64,000 nt of DNA from an uncultured Candidatus Saccharibacteria bacterium (GCA_965231085.1 OZ246413.1:475234-539233), one strand, 5' to 3'; counted from the first letter of the stretch, positions 32,751 through 43,485 are shown. The notes: generated by a model not told the origin, from the sequence alone. Made by a program: numbers and translations.

Positions 32751-33974
32751 CTACCTGGTATATATTTTTGCGCCGGCATCAAAGGTCGAGACACCAGAGC
32801 AAACTTTACCCGGAAAGGACTCTGCCTTTAATAAGCGTGTGTCTGTTAATTGCACTAATATGCAGCCCTGAATAGAGCTAGTGGCATAGGGTTTGGGACT
32901 AGTTGTGTAAGCCATATTGTCCCAACCAGAGCCATCTTGTTTCAGATAACGATAAGTTACAAGATCATACTTAACTAACCCGGCATCCACCCCTACTGTG
33001 GCCGGATCGGGCTGATTAGTGGTTGATATAAATTGTTTGGCCTGACCACCAAAATTGCCAATTGATACTACAAAATAATTCGGGTCATAAACGTTTGGCG
33101 CAATAGATAAATGCCCGGACCAATATTCTTGGGCGGTATTATCTCTGCCATGATAGCCGCCGCTGCCCTGCACAAACCAGTTACCGATTAACTTGCCGTC
33201 TATATCGTAGTCAATTTTGCCTTCCCTAGGCTCGGTAGTCCGCGGATCCCGAGAGAGCACAATTTTTCGTAGCTCCTCAGTGTAGTAAGGGAAGGGGTTG
33301 GCTGTATAAACTTTCCAGCCTTCTCCGTCGTAGCTAGCTGGATTAACAAAACCCTTGAGCGTGTCATTTGTTCGCCAAACAGCAAAGTCCAGCGTTTGGC
33401 CACCTATCGCCCCTACTTGTTGCCCAGCCTTAACTTTAAGCGTTAGGTTATGGCCGTTTTTTTCATATGCGGCCTTCACATCACCGTACAGGCTTGTTAC
33501 AAGATCATAATAATATAAGAACGTGCAGCTATGAGCGAAAACAAATCGGTATTCGGTGCCTCTATCATTGGTTCTTGGAGTAATTTCGGTAATTGTGGCA
33601 TCGGCCATCGCATAAACCGGGTAGCTATCACGAGCCGAATTATAAACAGCTGGCGTAAAGTACTGATGATCAATAGGTGTTACATGACCACCGATTACGT
33701 CTCCATAGGGTATCAAAAAACCAAAATCACTGGCCTTCATTGGCAAACTACTAAATGTAGCGTCGCCTGTGCCGCTGCATTTGCCACTAGATAGACCTTT
33801 ACCAGCAGTAACCGCTTTATCTTCTGCGGAACTACCGCTACTAGCAATACTTGATGTACTTTTGCTATTTTGATTTTTTTGCACGATTCTGTAGCCAGCA
33901 AAGCCAGCCACACCAAGAACGACAATCAAAAGGGGTACGAGTATGTGATGAAAGCCTTTTTGGTTTTTAAGCAT
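32751..33974 (-). CDS. secreted hypothetical protein
   Basis: About 407 aa from the ATG at 33974. N-terminal TM/signal HHILVPLLIVVLGVAGFAGY, a Ser-rich linker, then a large globular domain. Confidence 0.55.
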   Translation of the reverse strand: MLKNQKGFHHILVPLLIVVLGVAGFAGYRIVQKNQNSKSTSSIASSGSSAEDKAVTAGKGLSSGKCSGTGDATFSSLPMKASDFGFLIPYGDVIGGHVTPIDHQYFTPAVYNSARDSYPVYAMADATITEITPRTNDRGTEYRFVFAHSCTFLYYYDLVTSLYGDVKAAYEKNGHNLTLKVKAGQQVGAIGGQTLDFAVWRTNDTLKGFVNPASYDGEGWKVYTANPFPYYTEELRKIVLSRDPRTTEPREGKIDYDIDGKLIGNWFVQGSGGYHGRDNTAQEYWSGHLSIAPNVYDPNYFVVSIGNFGGQAKQFISTTNQPDPATVGVDAGLVKYDLVTYRYLKQDGSGWDNMAYTTSPKPYATSSIQGCILVQLTDTRLLKAESFPGKVCSGVSTFDAGAKIYTR

Positions 33975-34006
33975 AAGCCAATTGTAGCGCCTACACAGCA
34001 AGAATG

Positions 34007-34597
34007 CTAAAAAAGACTCAAGACAATCTTACCGAGCGCAATAATTAGAGCTAAGCCAACCGAGCCTACGACAACACCTATAAGAGTTAGTAGTAAGTTG
34101 TCTAAAATTATCGACATGCTAATTATTACTGCCCCCAATGACGGCAACGTATCTAGCCCAGAAAACGGCGGAGCTATAAATGCTATAAAGACAAAAATAA
34201 ACAGTAGCAGGCCATGGATCTTAGGAGTTGCTACATTATTAAAAAGATTCTTATTATGTGGAGCAAAGCGTTTTTCGAACCAACTTATTAAGCTGACCAG
34301 TTTTGGAATAGCTCGTTTTTCCATTACTGCCCCAGGCTGTAAACTACGCCATCTGTGAGGCAGCCAAATAGTATTGAACCCCAGCATCATTTCACCGGCC
34401 AGTAACATAGCGATAATTTCGAATATATGTGTAATGCCGCCGGTAGGCAGCGGCAAGGCTGGCACAACCATTAAAATTAGTACAGCTACCGCAAAACTTT
34501 TTTCGGCAAATGTATCGTTTAGACTTTGAAAAGTCTTGTGAGATTTGCTATTTAGCCAAAGCTGAAGCTTTTTGCTAAATAGTTGGCTGCTGTTCAT
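34007..34597 (-). CDS. ExoD-family membrane protein
   Basis: 196 aa. The pattern SFAVAVLILMVVPALPLPTGGITHIFEIIAMLLAGEMMLG resembles the exopolysaccharide synthesis ExoD family. Confidence 0.65.
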   Translation of the reverse strand: MNSSQLFSKKLQLWLNSKSHKTFQSLNDTFAEKSFAVAVLILMVVPALPLPTGGITHIFEIIAMLLAGEMMLGFNTIWLPHRWRSLQPGAVMEKRAIPKLVSLISWFEKRFAPHNKNLFNNVATPKIHGLLLFIFVFIAFIAPPFSGLDTLPSLGAVIISMSIILDNLLLTLIGVVVGSVGLALIIALGKIVLSLF

Positions 34598-34647
34598 ACA
34601 AGCAGTAGAGCATGCCAGGACTTATCAAGTCAATTTTGCCTACAGTA

Positions 34648-35688
34648 TTAGTAGGTTAAAAATATTTTCTTAAAATCTGAATCAACCCGGGCTTTGCCGC
34701 CCATAGGCAAAACTATTTGCGGATCAGTGTGGCCAAAATCTAAATTCTGAACAACTGGAATCTGCTTGTTGAACTTCCGCACAGTTTCTATGACTGTGTC
34801 GCGCTGGTCTTTGGCATACTTGTCTTTTTCTTCCCTAGTGTGGGGCCTGTCGAAATGCCAAGCTTTGGGCCGCCCCACAAGCACCGCCTGGAATTTATTA
34901 AACCAGCCGCGCTGGCCAAAAGTATTGATAACATCTTCAATCACAATATGCTCTGGCATTTCTTCGGATGTTTCTAAAAATAAAATTGTATTTTCCAAGT
35001 CTTCAGCTTTTGGTAAGTACTTATTAAGCTTTATCTCGCTAGAGAGCGACTCGGCGCAACCGCCCCACAGTCGGCCCTCGGCCCCGCCGCTACCATCCCA
35101 AAATAGTCCGACGTTTGGCTCCATTTGGCGAGACTGGGCAAGGGTTTCTTTATCGGCCCACTGCAAACCAATGTCGTTATATTCGCTCGACACTCGTGCT
35201 TCAAATTCGCCTGTATCAAAAAGTGCATGGTTCAAAAACTCAACAGTTAAATCATGCATCTGCTGCTGCATGGCAAACTGAGTCATGATCGCCCCACCGT
35301 AATAAGAGGGTATGCCTAGATTCCACAGAAATAATTCAAGATGTGTATTGTCGCTAAAGCCAAAAATCGGTTTTGGGTTATCTATAAAAACTTGTTTATC
35401 TAACAGTTTTATTAATTTAATTTGATCCGAACCACCAATCGAAGTAAATATGGCTTTGTTGGCTGGATCAGCAAATGCCGCCATTATATCTTTAGCTCTG
35501 TCCTCCAAGCTAGAGCCCATCTGCCGAGTTGTTGGATATTCTTTTGGTACCAAGCCAAAGTTATTTTTTAGACGTTCTAGCCCAAGCTCGTACACCCACG
35601 GGAAAATTCCGGGTAAACCAGCCGAGGGCGACAAAATGGCAACTTGGTCGCCTTTTTTAAGTTTAGCTAGTGCAACAAACTGCTTCAT
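34648..35688 (-). CDS. S66-family LD-carboxypeptidase (MccF/LdcA-like)
   Basis: 346 aa: GGSDQIKLI, nucleophile region GFSDNTHL, C-terminal FGHTDP. Confidence 0.75.
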   Translation of the reverse strand: MKQFVALAKLKKGDQVAILSPSAGLPGIFPWVYELGLERLKNNFGLVPKEYPTTRQMGSSLEDRAKDIMAAFADPANKAIFTSIGGSDQIKLIKLLDKQVFIDNPKPIFGFSDNTHLELFLWNLGIPSYYGGAIMTQFAMQQQMHDLTVEFLNHALFDTGEFEARVSSEYNDIGLQWADKETLAQSRQMEPNVGLFWDGSGGAEGRLWGGCAESLSSEIKLNKYLPKAEDLENTILFLETSEEMPEHIVIEDVINTFGQRGWFNKFQAVLVGRPKAWHFDRPHTREEKDKYAKDQRDTVIETVRKFNKQIPVVQNLDFGHTDPQIVLPMGGKARVDSDFKKIFLTY

Positions 35689-35781
35689 GTTTACATGATA
35701 ACAACAAATCGATCTCTAGAGATAGCCGTTAACTCTAGTTAGCGACATCGCCAATTATTAAAAACGAGTATAATACTACTT

Positions 35782-36750
35782 ATGTTTATTGTGCCAAGAT
35801 TTGCCCATGAGGTCTATGTATTAAGCCCAAACGAGATCTCAAAGGATGAGCACCAAAATTATGTAAGCGTCTTTGACTCCTTAAAAAACTCTAGCAACGT
35901 GCGTGCATTAGTAATAATCGGGATACTTAGCTTGTTTTGTTTTGGAGTTGCTCTTTTTCTAAAATCAACCAAGCCACTCAAGAGGCTCGGGTCACTAATA
36001 GATAGATCAACCATCATCGCCCCCGATATTATTCGAGTCGCCTTTGGTTTATCGCTTTTAATATCGGCTAAACATAAAGCTATCTTTGGTCCGGAAATAC
36101 CACTTTCATCAATTGGTAACGAGCACTTCCTAACAATTGCTTTAGTTGTTATTGGCGCCGCGTTGACTCTCGGCCTGTTAACTAGAGTTTTTGCCTGGGC
36201 GGCAATTGTGCTTTATTGTTATTTATTTTTTGCGAGGGGTTGGTATGCTCTGACTTATATCAACTACTTTGGTGAGGCAGTTGCCGTGGCGCTATTGCCT
36301 GTTCAATCTTTTAGTCTTGATCGTTTGGCAAACAAGTTCCGAGGTGTTAAACCTCCAAAATTCAAACATGAACGATTTTCTATGCCAGCAACCAGAATAT
36401 TTTTTGGACTTTCACTACTATACGCCGCAATTAATATCAAATTTGCGACGACCAGTTTGTCTCTGGATGTAGTTAATCACTATGATCTAACTCGTTACTT
36501 TCATTTTGATCCACTATTCGTAGTTCTAGGGGCTGGGTTGGTGGAGTGTTCTATAGCTTTACTATATATAACCGGCCTGCTAAGGCGCTTAAATTCGTTG
36601 TTATTCTTAGGCTTTATCATTACATCTCTACTGTTTTTTAAAGAAGCTGTTTGGCCGCATTATATGCTGATAGCAACAGCTGTTGGCATCTTTCTGCACC
36701 GGGCCGACGATCTGTCCTTAGACGCTCGGTTATTTTCTACAAAAAAATAA
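35782..36750 (+). CDS. polytopic membrane protein, unknown function
   Basis: 322 aa with 7-8 hydrophobic helices. Confidence 0.55.
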   Translation: MFIVPRFAHEVYVLSPNEISKDEHQNYVSVFDSLKNSSNVRALVIIGILSLFCFGVALFLKSTKPLKRLGSLIDRSTIIAPDIIRVAFGLSLLISAKHKAIFGPEIPLSSIGNEHFLTIALVVIGAALTLGLLTRVFAWAAIVLYCYLFFARGWYALTYINYFGEAVAVALLPVQSFSLDRLANKFRGVKPPKFKHERFSMPATRIFFGLSLLYAAINIKFATTSLSLDVVNHYDLTRYFHFDPLFVVLGAGLVECSIALLYITGLLRRLNSLLFLGFIITSLLFFKEAVWPHYMLIATAVGIFLHRADDLSLDARLFSTKK

Positions 36751-36791
36751 ATTTAGTATCAAAAAAGCACCAGCTATAACTGATGCGTTTT

Positions 36792-37201
36792 TGGTGGAGC
36801 TGGTGGGTATCACACCCACGTCCGATTGGTAATAACTTAGATGACTACAGGCTTATTTCGCTTGAATTGCTTCTTTAGCTCAAAGCTCTAAAAACGAACC
36901 AAAAGAGCCATAGCTGCAACCCTAAAGTCTTAGCGGTCTTGATGGGTCACCAAGTCCGAGCGTCCAGATAAATATGACACGCTTACCCGTTATCTGAAGT
37001 CACGAAGAAAGCGTGGCAAGTAGAAATTAAGCTACTGCTGGTGCGAAAGAAAATGCACTTGGCGCAAAAGCGCTAGCCACAAAATTCTTTACGCGTGCAA
37101 AAGTATTTGCATTTGTTGTGTTGATCCGGCTAACGTGCAGATCGAGCCGGCCTGCCAGTCTAAATTATTAATGTCCTATCGTCGAGCTTAAATTCAGCCC
37201 C
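36792..37201 (-). ncRNA. ssrA: tmRNA (ssrA)
   Basis: Minus strand starts GGGGCTGAATTTAAGCTCGAC and ends GGACGTGGGTGTGATACCCACCAGCTCCACCA (T-arm, acceptor with G3-U70, CCA). Candidate tag ORF 37110-37027: ANTFARVKNFVASAFAPSAFSFAPAVA-stop. Confidence 0.85.
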
Positions 37202-37435
37202 CCAAAATCCTTTAGCCGCAACAAGTGTTGCCGAAATGAATTCGGCATTCCTTGTTGCTTTGGCGCATTGCTTCGTCAAAATCTCCGCTTCTCGCTCTTC
37301 GTATTTGTATACGTTTCGCTGTGATGCTCAATTTTTCCTTGCACTACGCTCAACTAAAGACTTTTGGCTGGATGACTTTACCAAAATTGCCCACTTTTTG
37401 TTTGTCTATATTATACCATAAACGGGATAATCAAA

Positions 37436-38209
37436 CTAGAGGTTTGTGAAGCTTTTAGCTATAGCTATCAGTTCGTCGCGTTGCGTGGCGCTTACAAAAC
37501 TATTTGGGCTCGTCGCATACAAGCTGTTGTACTCGGCCTGGCTGTTTAATTTTCCAGCCTCTGGGGACCTATTCGCAAAGAACACTAATGCAACGTTGAA
37601 ATTAGCATTACTGATTTGCTTTAGTAGCGAAATTTCTACGTCTGGGCAATAACTAGAAGCATCGCCAGTGGTAGTGTCGTCTGGGAACGACACGCTTTCT
37701 ATGCCCGATAAGCCTGTTTCACTGACGATAGTCCGTGAGCTCACCCACGATCCGGTTAGTGGAGTCTGGGCCACGTAGCTAGCCTTGGGTAAAGAAACAC
37801 CCAAATTGCATACGGAACCAATCCCACCGCGCTCAAAGTTCGGATTTTCCATTTTAATCGAAACTGTGTTGTTATTGTCCGTTGTCCTATTAGCAAAACC
37901 TATAGAGTATTCATGGGCTCCGTTACTGTCTGCGTTCGTAGTTAATGTTGCAGTTCCATAGGAGGTTGGGTAGGAGAATTTAAAGCCGAGATCCTTGTTT
38001 TCATAAGTTGTTAGGTTGCTAGTAGTGGAGCTTGTAGCGGTGGACTTTGTTGTAGCCGAAGTAGTTTTTGAACTAGACGAGGCGCTACTTTTTGCACTCT
38101 TATTGTGCTTGCCTACGTACCAAGCCGAGCCCGATGCTAGCGCAATCACCACAATTACGATAGCAATCTCAATGATCGTGAAGCCTTTTTGAAGCTTAGA
38201 AGTTTTCAT
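37436..38209 (-). CDS. prepilin-type N-terminal cleavage/methylation domain protein (pilin-like)
   Basis: N-terminus MKTSKLQKGFTIIEIAIVIVVIA (the G/FTxxE motif), then a Ser/Thr-rich linker. Confidence 0.7.
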   Translation of the reverse strand: MKTSKLQKGFTIIEIAIVIVVIALASGSAWYVGKHNKSAKSSASSSSKTTSATTKSTATSSTTSNLTTYENKDLGFKFSYPTSYGTATLTTNADSNGAHEYSIGFANRTTDNNNTVSIKMENPNFERGGIGSVCNLGVSLPKASYVAQTPLTGSWVSSRTIVSETGLSGIESVSFPDDTTTGDASSYCPDVEISLLKQISNANFNVALVFFANRSPEAGKLNSQAEYNSLYATSPNSFVSATQRDELIAIAKSFTNL

Positions 38210-38217
38210 TTATCCCC

Positions 38218-38643
38218 CTATTTATTTAATTTAGACGCTAGCAGGCTAAATGCCTTGTCCTCGGATTGGTCGAGTTGTTTGTACCAAGTCTTTTGCAGGC
38301 GAATCAATACTTTTTCAGCTTTATCGTACTTGCCGGCTCCCTTGCGGGTAAGCTTTACGTCTCGCTGGCGGCCATCTTTCTTGTTTTTAGTAATACTAAC
38401 TAATCCCTGCCCTTTCATATGCTGTAATTGGCGGCTAATGTTGGCTTCTGTCTGGCTCAAACTTGATGCTAAATGACGCTGAGAAATAGACATAGAGAGA
38501 TCTAGACCACTCATAATTCGCGCCTGGCTTAAGCTCACACCTACCTCACGAAGCAGAAATTCATCTGACGACTGTTGTAAAATATACGTTAAGTGGAGCA
38601 GGGGAGGAAACTTTGTTTTTCTGGCTTTTATTATTGTACTCAT
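38218..38643 (-). CDS. MarR-family transcriptional regulator
   Basis: 141 aa with a winged-helix segment SISQRHLASSLSQTEANISRQLQHMKGQGLVSITKNKKDGRQRDVKLT. Confidence 0.75.
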   Translation of the reverse strand: MSTIIKARKTKFPPLLHLTYILQQSSDEFLLREVGVSLSQARIMSGLDLSMSISQRHLASSLSQTEANISRQLQHMKGQGLVSITKNKKDGRQRDVKLTRKGAGKYDKAEKVLIRLQKTWYKQLDQSEDKAFSLLASKLNK

Positions 38644-38708
38644 GCTTACATGATAACGCCTATAAACTTAACATGTCAAGTAATAGGGAAGGGCAAAGGG
38701 GGCTTTAT

Positions 38709-39491
38709 TTAAAAAACCAGGTATAGCTTATGCCAGTCGTCTAGAGATAAGTTCTGAGCCCGAAGATTACCGTCTACTCCAGCTTTAGCCAGTACTGAAT
38801 CAGTCTGCTCTTTTGATAGCTGCAAACCACCGGCCAATGAGCTGCGGAGTTTTTTGCGCTTACCGCCAAAGCCAGCTTTAACGATCTGAAAGAACTTTTT
38901 CATATCTACGTCTGCAAACAGAGGATTGGGACGGTGCTTTAAGATCACAACCTGCGAATCCACCTTGGGCGGTGGCGTAAATTTATCGGCGGTAACGATA
39001 ACGCCCAGACTAGTGTCGTAATGTAGCTGTAGACTAACGCTGACTAAATTCATATCGCCGGGCACAGCGTTAATACGCTCAGCCACTTCTTTTTGGACCA
39101 GCAAAACCGCAACATTCGGTGGGTTGTCGGTTTCAGTAAACTGACGCAATAAATGTCCGGTTATGTAGTAGGGTATGTTGGCCACAACTTTATAGTCTGG
39201 ATCTAGCTTGGTCAAATCGAACTCTAGAATATTTTGGTTTATAACTTCCAGGTTGCGAGCCTTCACGCGTTCCGGCAAACGAGTAGCAAGAATTTTATCA
39301 AACTCAACAGCAATAACTCTTTTGGCTCGCTTAACTAAAACTTCGGTTAGAGTACCAAGGCCAGGGCCAATTTCGAGCACCGTATCATCGGCACTTATTT
39401 CGGCCTCCTTGGCAATTTCTTGCAAGATTTTAGGATCTTTGAGCCAGTGTTGCCCTAGTGACTTGATTGGTTGATTATCTTCCATTACCAA
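38709..39491 (-). CDS. rsmA: 16S rRNA (adenine1518/1519-N6)-dimethyltransferase
   Basis: LGQHWL, SAM motif VLEIGPGLGTLT, VANIPYYIT. Confidence 0.9.
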   Translation of the reverse strand: MVMEDNQPIKSLGQHWLKDPKILQEIAKEAEISADDTVLEIGPGLGTLTEVLVKRAKRVIAVEFDKILATRLPERVKARNLEVINQNILEFDLTKLDPDYKVVANIPYYITGHLLRQFTETDNPPNVAVLLVQKEVAERINAVPGDMNLVSVSLQLHYDTSLGVIVTADKFTPPPKVDSQVVILKHRPNPLFADVDMKKFFQIVKAGFGGKRKKLRSSLAGGLQLSKEQTDSVLAKAGVDGNLRAQNLSLDDWHKLYLVF

Positions 39492-40762
39492 TTCCTATAA
39501 TTTAACCAATGAGTGTACGCCCCATACCAACTTCCATACCTATCATGGGCATAACCACTGCACCATTTAAGCTGGGTCAGGGGGCTAGTGGCCCAATCAC
39601 CGCCAGCACTCGACATCTTAATCCCGGGTGTGGCTTGGCATAGTCCATATCCATAACCACTTGATGGGTCGTGCACCTGTGAATAGCTGGCCGGGCAATA
39701 GCCTACCTGGCCCTGCCACTTGGTATAGCACCAACCAGATTCGTGACTAATAATATAATCCACATAGCCGTAATCCGAACTCGCAATCCCGGCTGCCGCC
39801 ATGATGCCAGTTTTATCACTGCCAATATCAATAACCGTACCAATGGCAATTATCTTAGGAACCGCCGCCTGAACAATACTTTCCTGGATAATATCTCTAC
39901 TAACCTCAACCCCGCCTTCAACATCAATTTGGTAGGTTACAGCTTTTTTGCCGGCACTACCGGCTTGGCGTACAGCGGTTGAGCCGAAACTTAGAGTGTT
40001 GTCATTGGCATATTGGGTCGGAATATCTATTGGCAGTTCGATTGTCACTACCTGGACGCCGTTTCTTATAATCGACACATTCATGCCAGCTGCAATTGGT
40101 TCAGTAAGAGCCGGCTTGATTGTATCTTTGCTATCAATTTTGACATTCTTTTCTTTTAAAAGGTCAGCTACTGTTTTGGCATGAGTCCGTACGCTAAGCG
40201 GTGTTCCATAGAGACTAAAATTAACTGGCAGCGCCGGGTCCACCTCGACCTGCTCGCCTATAATATTTTGGGCAATGCTGCCTGGAGCAAAATTTACGTT
40301 GTCTTCAGGATAAATAGTCAAACCAGCGGATTGCGCCACAACTCTAGCGCTCCTCTGAGCCGTTAAAGTAACCGTTTTAACACCGTTTTCAATTACCATC
40401 ACTGGCCGCGACCGGTAAATATTTATCCTAAAATTATCCTGAACAATTGTGGTATCAAGCGACGGCTCTACAACATCTTCGGGTACTAGTTTAAGGTCTG
40501 GCAATTTTTTTATAAGCTCACCTACTGTGGCAGCCTTGGTGTCTAATGTCCGACGAACTCCATTATCCGTTAAAAAAACCACGTGCGAATCGCTGGGTCT
40601 TAGTGTTTTAGCCGACTGGGTTAATATCGAAGCAACAACCAAAGCAATTCCCAGCACAATACCCAAAAAAGGCACTATATACGGACGTTTATTAAAATGT
40701 TTACGGCCAACGTAATGTGCCGCCTTATATTGCTTTTTTATTTTCCGTTTTATTAATTTCAT
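39485..40762 (-). CDS. DUF348/G5-domain cell-wall hydrolase (YabE/RpfB-like architecture)
   Basis: N-terminal TM, repeated DUF348-like segments, a G5-like block (GKKAVTYQIDVEGGVEVSRDIIQESIV) and a C-terminal Cys/Trp/Gly-rich lysozyme-like domain. Confidence 0.7.
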   Translation of the reverse strand: MKLIKRKIKKQYKAAHYVGRKHFNKRPYIVPFLGIVLGIALVVASILTQSAKTLRPSDSHVVFLTDNGVRRTLDTKAATVGELIKKLPDLKLVPEDVVEPSLDTTIVQDNFRINIYRSRPVMVIENGVKTVTLTAQRSARVVAQSAGLTIYPEDNVNFAPGSIAQNIIGEQVEVDPALPVNFSLYGTPLSVRTHAKTVADLLKEKNVKIDSKDTIKPALTEPIAAGMNVSIIRNGVQVVTIELPIDIPTQYANDNTLSFGSTAVRQAGSAGKKAVTYQIDVEGGVEVSRDIIQESIVQAAVPKIIAIGTVIDIGSDKTGIMAAAGIASSDYGYVDYIISHESGWCYTKWQGQVGYCPASYSQVHDPSSGYGYGLCQATPGIKMSSAGGDWATSPLTQLKWCSGYAHDRYGSWYGAYTHWLNYRNW

Positions 40763-40806
40763 AAGAGTTTAGCTGGAGCGTAACTCCTTAAAGTATATAA
40801 CAAAAA

Positions 40807-42942
40807 TTATTCTATTTTTTCCAAGGGCGCGAATGCTATGTTTAAACGTTTGGTACCCTTACCTTTAAAGTAAATTGTGGCGGTCTCACCGTCGAGCTCT
40901 AATACCGTACCGACTCCAAACAGCTGGTGCCTAACTCCATCACCTTCGTTAATATCTGGTACATACCTGGGCTCGTCGTTGGTGGGTTTATCAAACGCAA
41001 AAGTAGCCGAGCTATCAGCAGATACTTTACCACCAACATCCGACAAAAACCGGCTAGGCGGATTATTCTGGCGGCCGCCAAACAAAATGCGTTCGGTAGC
41101 GTAGCTTAAAAACAGTTCTTCGCGGGCTCTGGTCATAGCTACGTACATTAAACGGCGTTCTTCTTCCATCTCCGTTGCATCGTATAAAGCTCTAGAATGC
41201 GGCATAACCGTTTCTTCTAGGCCGGTTATAAAGACCACCGGGAACTCCAAGCCTTTTGCGGCATGCATAGTCATCAACATTACCGAATCGGCTGACTGAT
41301 TAGCACCCTCGAGATCGGCTACCAACGCAACCTCTTCCATAAAATCATCAAGTCCAACATCTTGGAATTCGCCCGTAACACTCTGCAGTTCACGAACGTT
41401 CTCGGCTCTGGCTTCGCCCTGGACGGAGCCGTCATTTAAATAATTAAGGTAGTCAAGCCGCCGGACCAAGCCGTCTATCAAAGCCGAGGGCGTTAGTTCA
41501 AGCATTTGCTCACGATAGCTTTTTAGTAAATCAGCTAGATCGGTTAAGCCACTTTTTGCTTTACTAGTTAAGTTTTCGCATGATCGTATATTTTCTAGAC
41601 CTTCACTGAGAGACAAACCTTGAGCCTCGCGCCAATCATTAAATTTTTCTAAAGACTTGTCTCCTACACCTCTAGCTGGCACATTAACAATTCTATTAAA
41701 ACCTGCGGCGTCGTCGGGTTGGTAGATCAAGCGCAGATAGGCAATTATGTCTTTTATTTCTTTGCGGTCGTAAAAACGAACCCCGCCGATAATTTTGTAC
41801 GGGATCGACTGATGCAAGAATACTTCCTCTAGAGCCCGGCTTTGGGCATTCGTACGGTACAAAATCGCAAAATCGCTATATTTTCTAGCTCCCATATCAA
41901 CCATGGTTTTAATGCGCCTGGCTATTGTTTCGCCCTCACTCCGCTCGGTTCTAGATTGTAATATTTGCACATCGCTGCCATTGCCTGCGGCAGTCCAAAG
42001 CTTTTTGTCACTTCGTTGCAAGTTATGACTTATAACTGAATGGGCAGCATCTAAAATTTTTTTTGTGCTACGGTAATTTTGTTCGAGTTTTATAACAGTG
42101 CAATTTTTATAGTCTTTTTCGAAGTTCAAAATATTTTTAAAGTCAGCACCGCGCCAAGAGTAAATACTTTGCCAGTCGTCCCCAACCACCGCAATGTTTT
42201 TATTTGGCCCAGTAAGTAACTTAATAAGCTGATATTGAGCTGCGTTAGTGTCTTGATATTCATCTACCATTACATACTTAAACTGGTCTTGCCATTTTTT
42301 TCTAACCTCTGGGTTGTCTTTAAGAAGGCTTACCGTTCTACCAATAAGATCATCGAAATCTAGAGCAATACTGTCGTGGAGTAATTTTTCATAACCCGGA
42401 TAGACTTTTGCTGCCACTTGAGTCGCCGGGGTATTCCCCGCACTTCTAGCATAATCAGATGGGCCAATAAGCTCATTCTTGGCTCCACTAATTAAAGAGG
42501 CTAGCATTCTAGCTGGGTATTTCTTTTCGTCGATATATAAACCGCGGCTTACTTGTTTAATCGCCGCCTGCCGGTCGCTCTCATCCCAAATTACAAAGTT
42601 TTTAGGAACACCATAGCCGGCTCCATCCTGGCGAAGTAGGCGGACGCAAATACTATGAAAGGTCCCCATAAAAGGCATAAAGCTTCTTGGTATCTGGTCG
42701 ACCTTATGACCTTGAGTTAAATGCCAAATCCGTTCGCGCATCTCGCCAGCTGCCTTGTTGGTAAAAGTCACAGCCAGGATATTGTAAGGACTAGCCTTTT
42801 TTTCGGCTAGTATATAGGCAATTCTATGAGTCAAGGTTTTTGTTTTTCCACTTCCGGCTCCGGCCAATATTAAAAGCGGGCCTTCGGTTTGCTCAACCGC
42901 CCTGGCCTGCTCTTCATTCAACCCCTCAAGCAGTTTGTTCAC
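40807..42942 (-). CDS. pcrA: ATP-dependent DNA helicase PcrA/UvrD
   Basis: SF1 motifs GAGSGKT, DEYQDT, QNYRS, TMHAAKGLEF. 711 aa. Confidence 0.9.
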   Translation of the reverse strand: MNKLLEGLNEEQARAVEQTEGPLLILAGAGSGKTKTLTHRIAYILAEKKASPYNILAVTFTNKAAGEMRERIWHLTQGHKVDQIPRSFMPFMGTFHSICVRLLRQDGAGYGVPKNFVIWDESDRQAAIKQVSRGLYIDEKKYPARMLASLISGAKNELIGPSDYARSAGNTPATQVAAKVYPGYEKLLHDSIALDFDDLIGRTVSLLKDNPEVRKKWQDQFKYVMVDEYQDTNAAQYQLIKLLTGPNKNIAVVGDDWQSIYSWRGADFKNILNFEKDYKNCTVIKLEQNYRSTKKILDAAHSVISHNLQRSDKKLWTAAGNGSDVQILQSRTERSEGETIARRIKTMVDMGARKYSDFAILYRTNAQSRALEEVFLHQSIPYKIIGGVRFYDRKEIKDIIAYLRLIYQPDDAAGFNRIVNVPARGVGDKSLEKFNDWREAQGLSLSEGLENIRSCENLTSKAKSGLTDLADLLKSYREQMLELTPSALIDGLVRRLDYLNYLNDGSVQGEARAENVRELQSVTGEFQDVGLDDFMEEVALVADLEGANQSADSVMLMTMHAAKGLEFPVVFITGLEETVMPHSRALYDATEMEEERRLMYVAMTRAREELFLSYATERILFGGRQNNPPSRFLSDVGGKVSADSSATFAFDKPTNDEPRYVPDINEGDGVRHQLFGVGTVLELDGETATIYFKGKGTKRLNIAFAPLEKIE

Positions 42943-42976
42943 TAATCCATTCTAGCCAATTCAACGACGCTTGTCG

Positions 42977-43483
42977 CTAAATTTCTTCTAGGCTTGAGGT
43001 GGTCTGTTTAAAAATATGAAACGGTAAATTGATGTTTGTGTTAACAGCGCCTGAATCGATAACCACATAAACCGTGGCTAGAATAACCAGCAGGATGGCG
43101 ATCGTCCAAAGTAGTTTTGCTATTAGGCCTCTGGGCTTTTTTGGAGCTTCTTCCCTGGCTCCGCTAAATAATGGGTGGGCATCTACTTTTGACTGGAGCA
43201 TGCCGAACTTAGGAGGCTGAGCTGGTGGGGTTGAAGGCACGGGCACAAAATTATTAACTGGAGGCGTCTGGGCAGCTGGCGCAATTGGTTGAATTGGAGT
43301 CAGCGGGGCAAATTGTTGAGGTGTAACCCTTGGGCTAGGGGTAACTGGCGGCGGACTGTTAACTTCTATTCTCGTGACCGTTGGATCTCTGACTGGCTGG
43401 TTATTAACTATAATTGGGCGGCTACTGGGGCTGGGTTTTGGAGGCATTATATCGCTAAAGGTTCTTGGTGTCTGAGGTTGCAT
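42977..43483 (-). CDS. proline-rich protein with a C-terminal TM anchor
   Basis: 168 aa, low-complexity Pro/Thr-rich N-terminal half, with the helix LLWTIAILLVILATVYVVI. Confidence 0.45.
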   Translation of the reverse strand: MQPQTPRTFSDIMPPKPSPSSRPIIVNNQPVRDPTVTRIEVNSPPPVTPSPRVTPQQFAPLTPIQPIAPAAQTPPVNNFVPVPSTPPAQPPKFGMLQSKVDAHPLFSGAREEAPKKPRGLIAKLLWTIAILLVILATVYVVIDSGAVNTNINLPFHIFKQTTSSLEEI

Positions 43484-43485
43484 TT

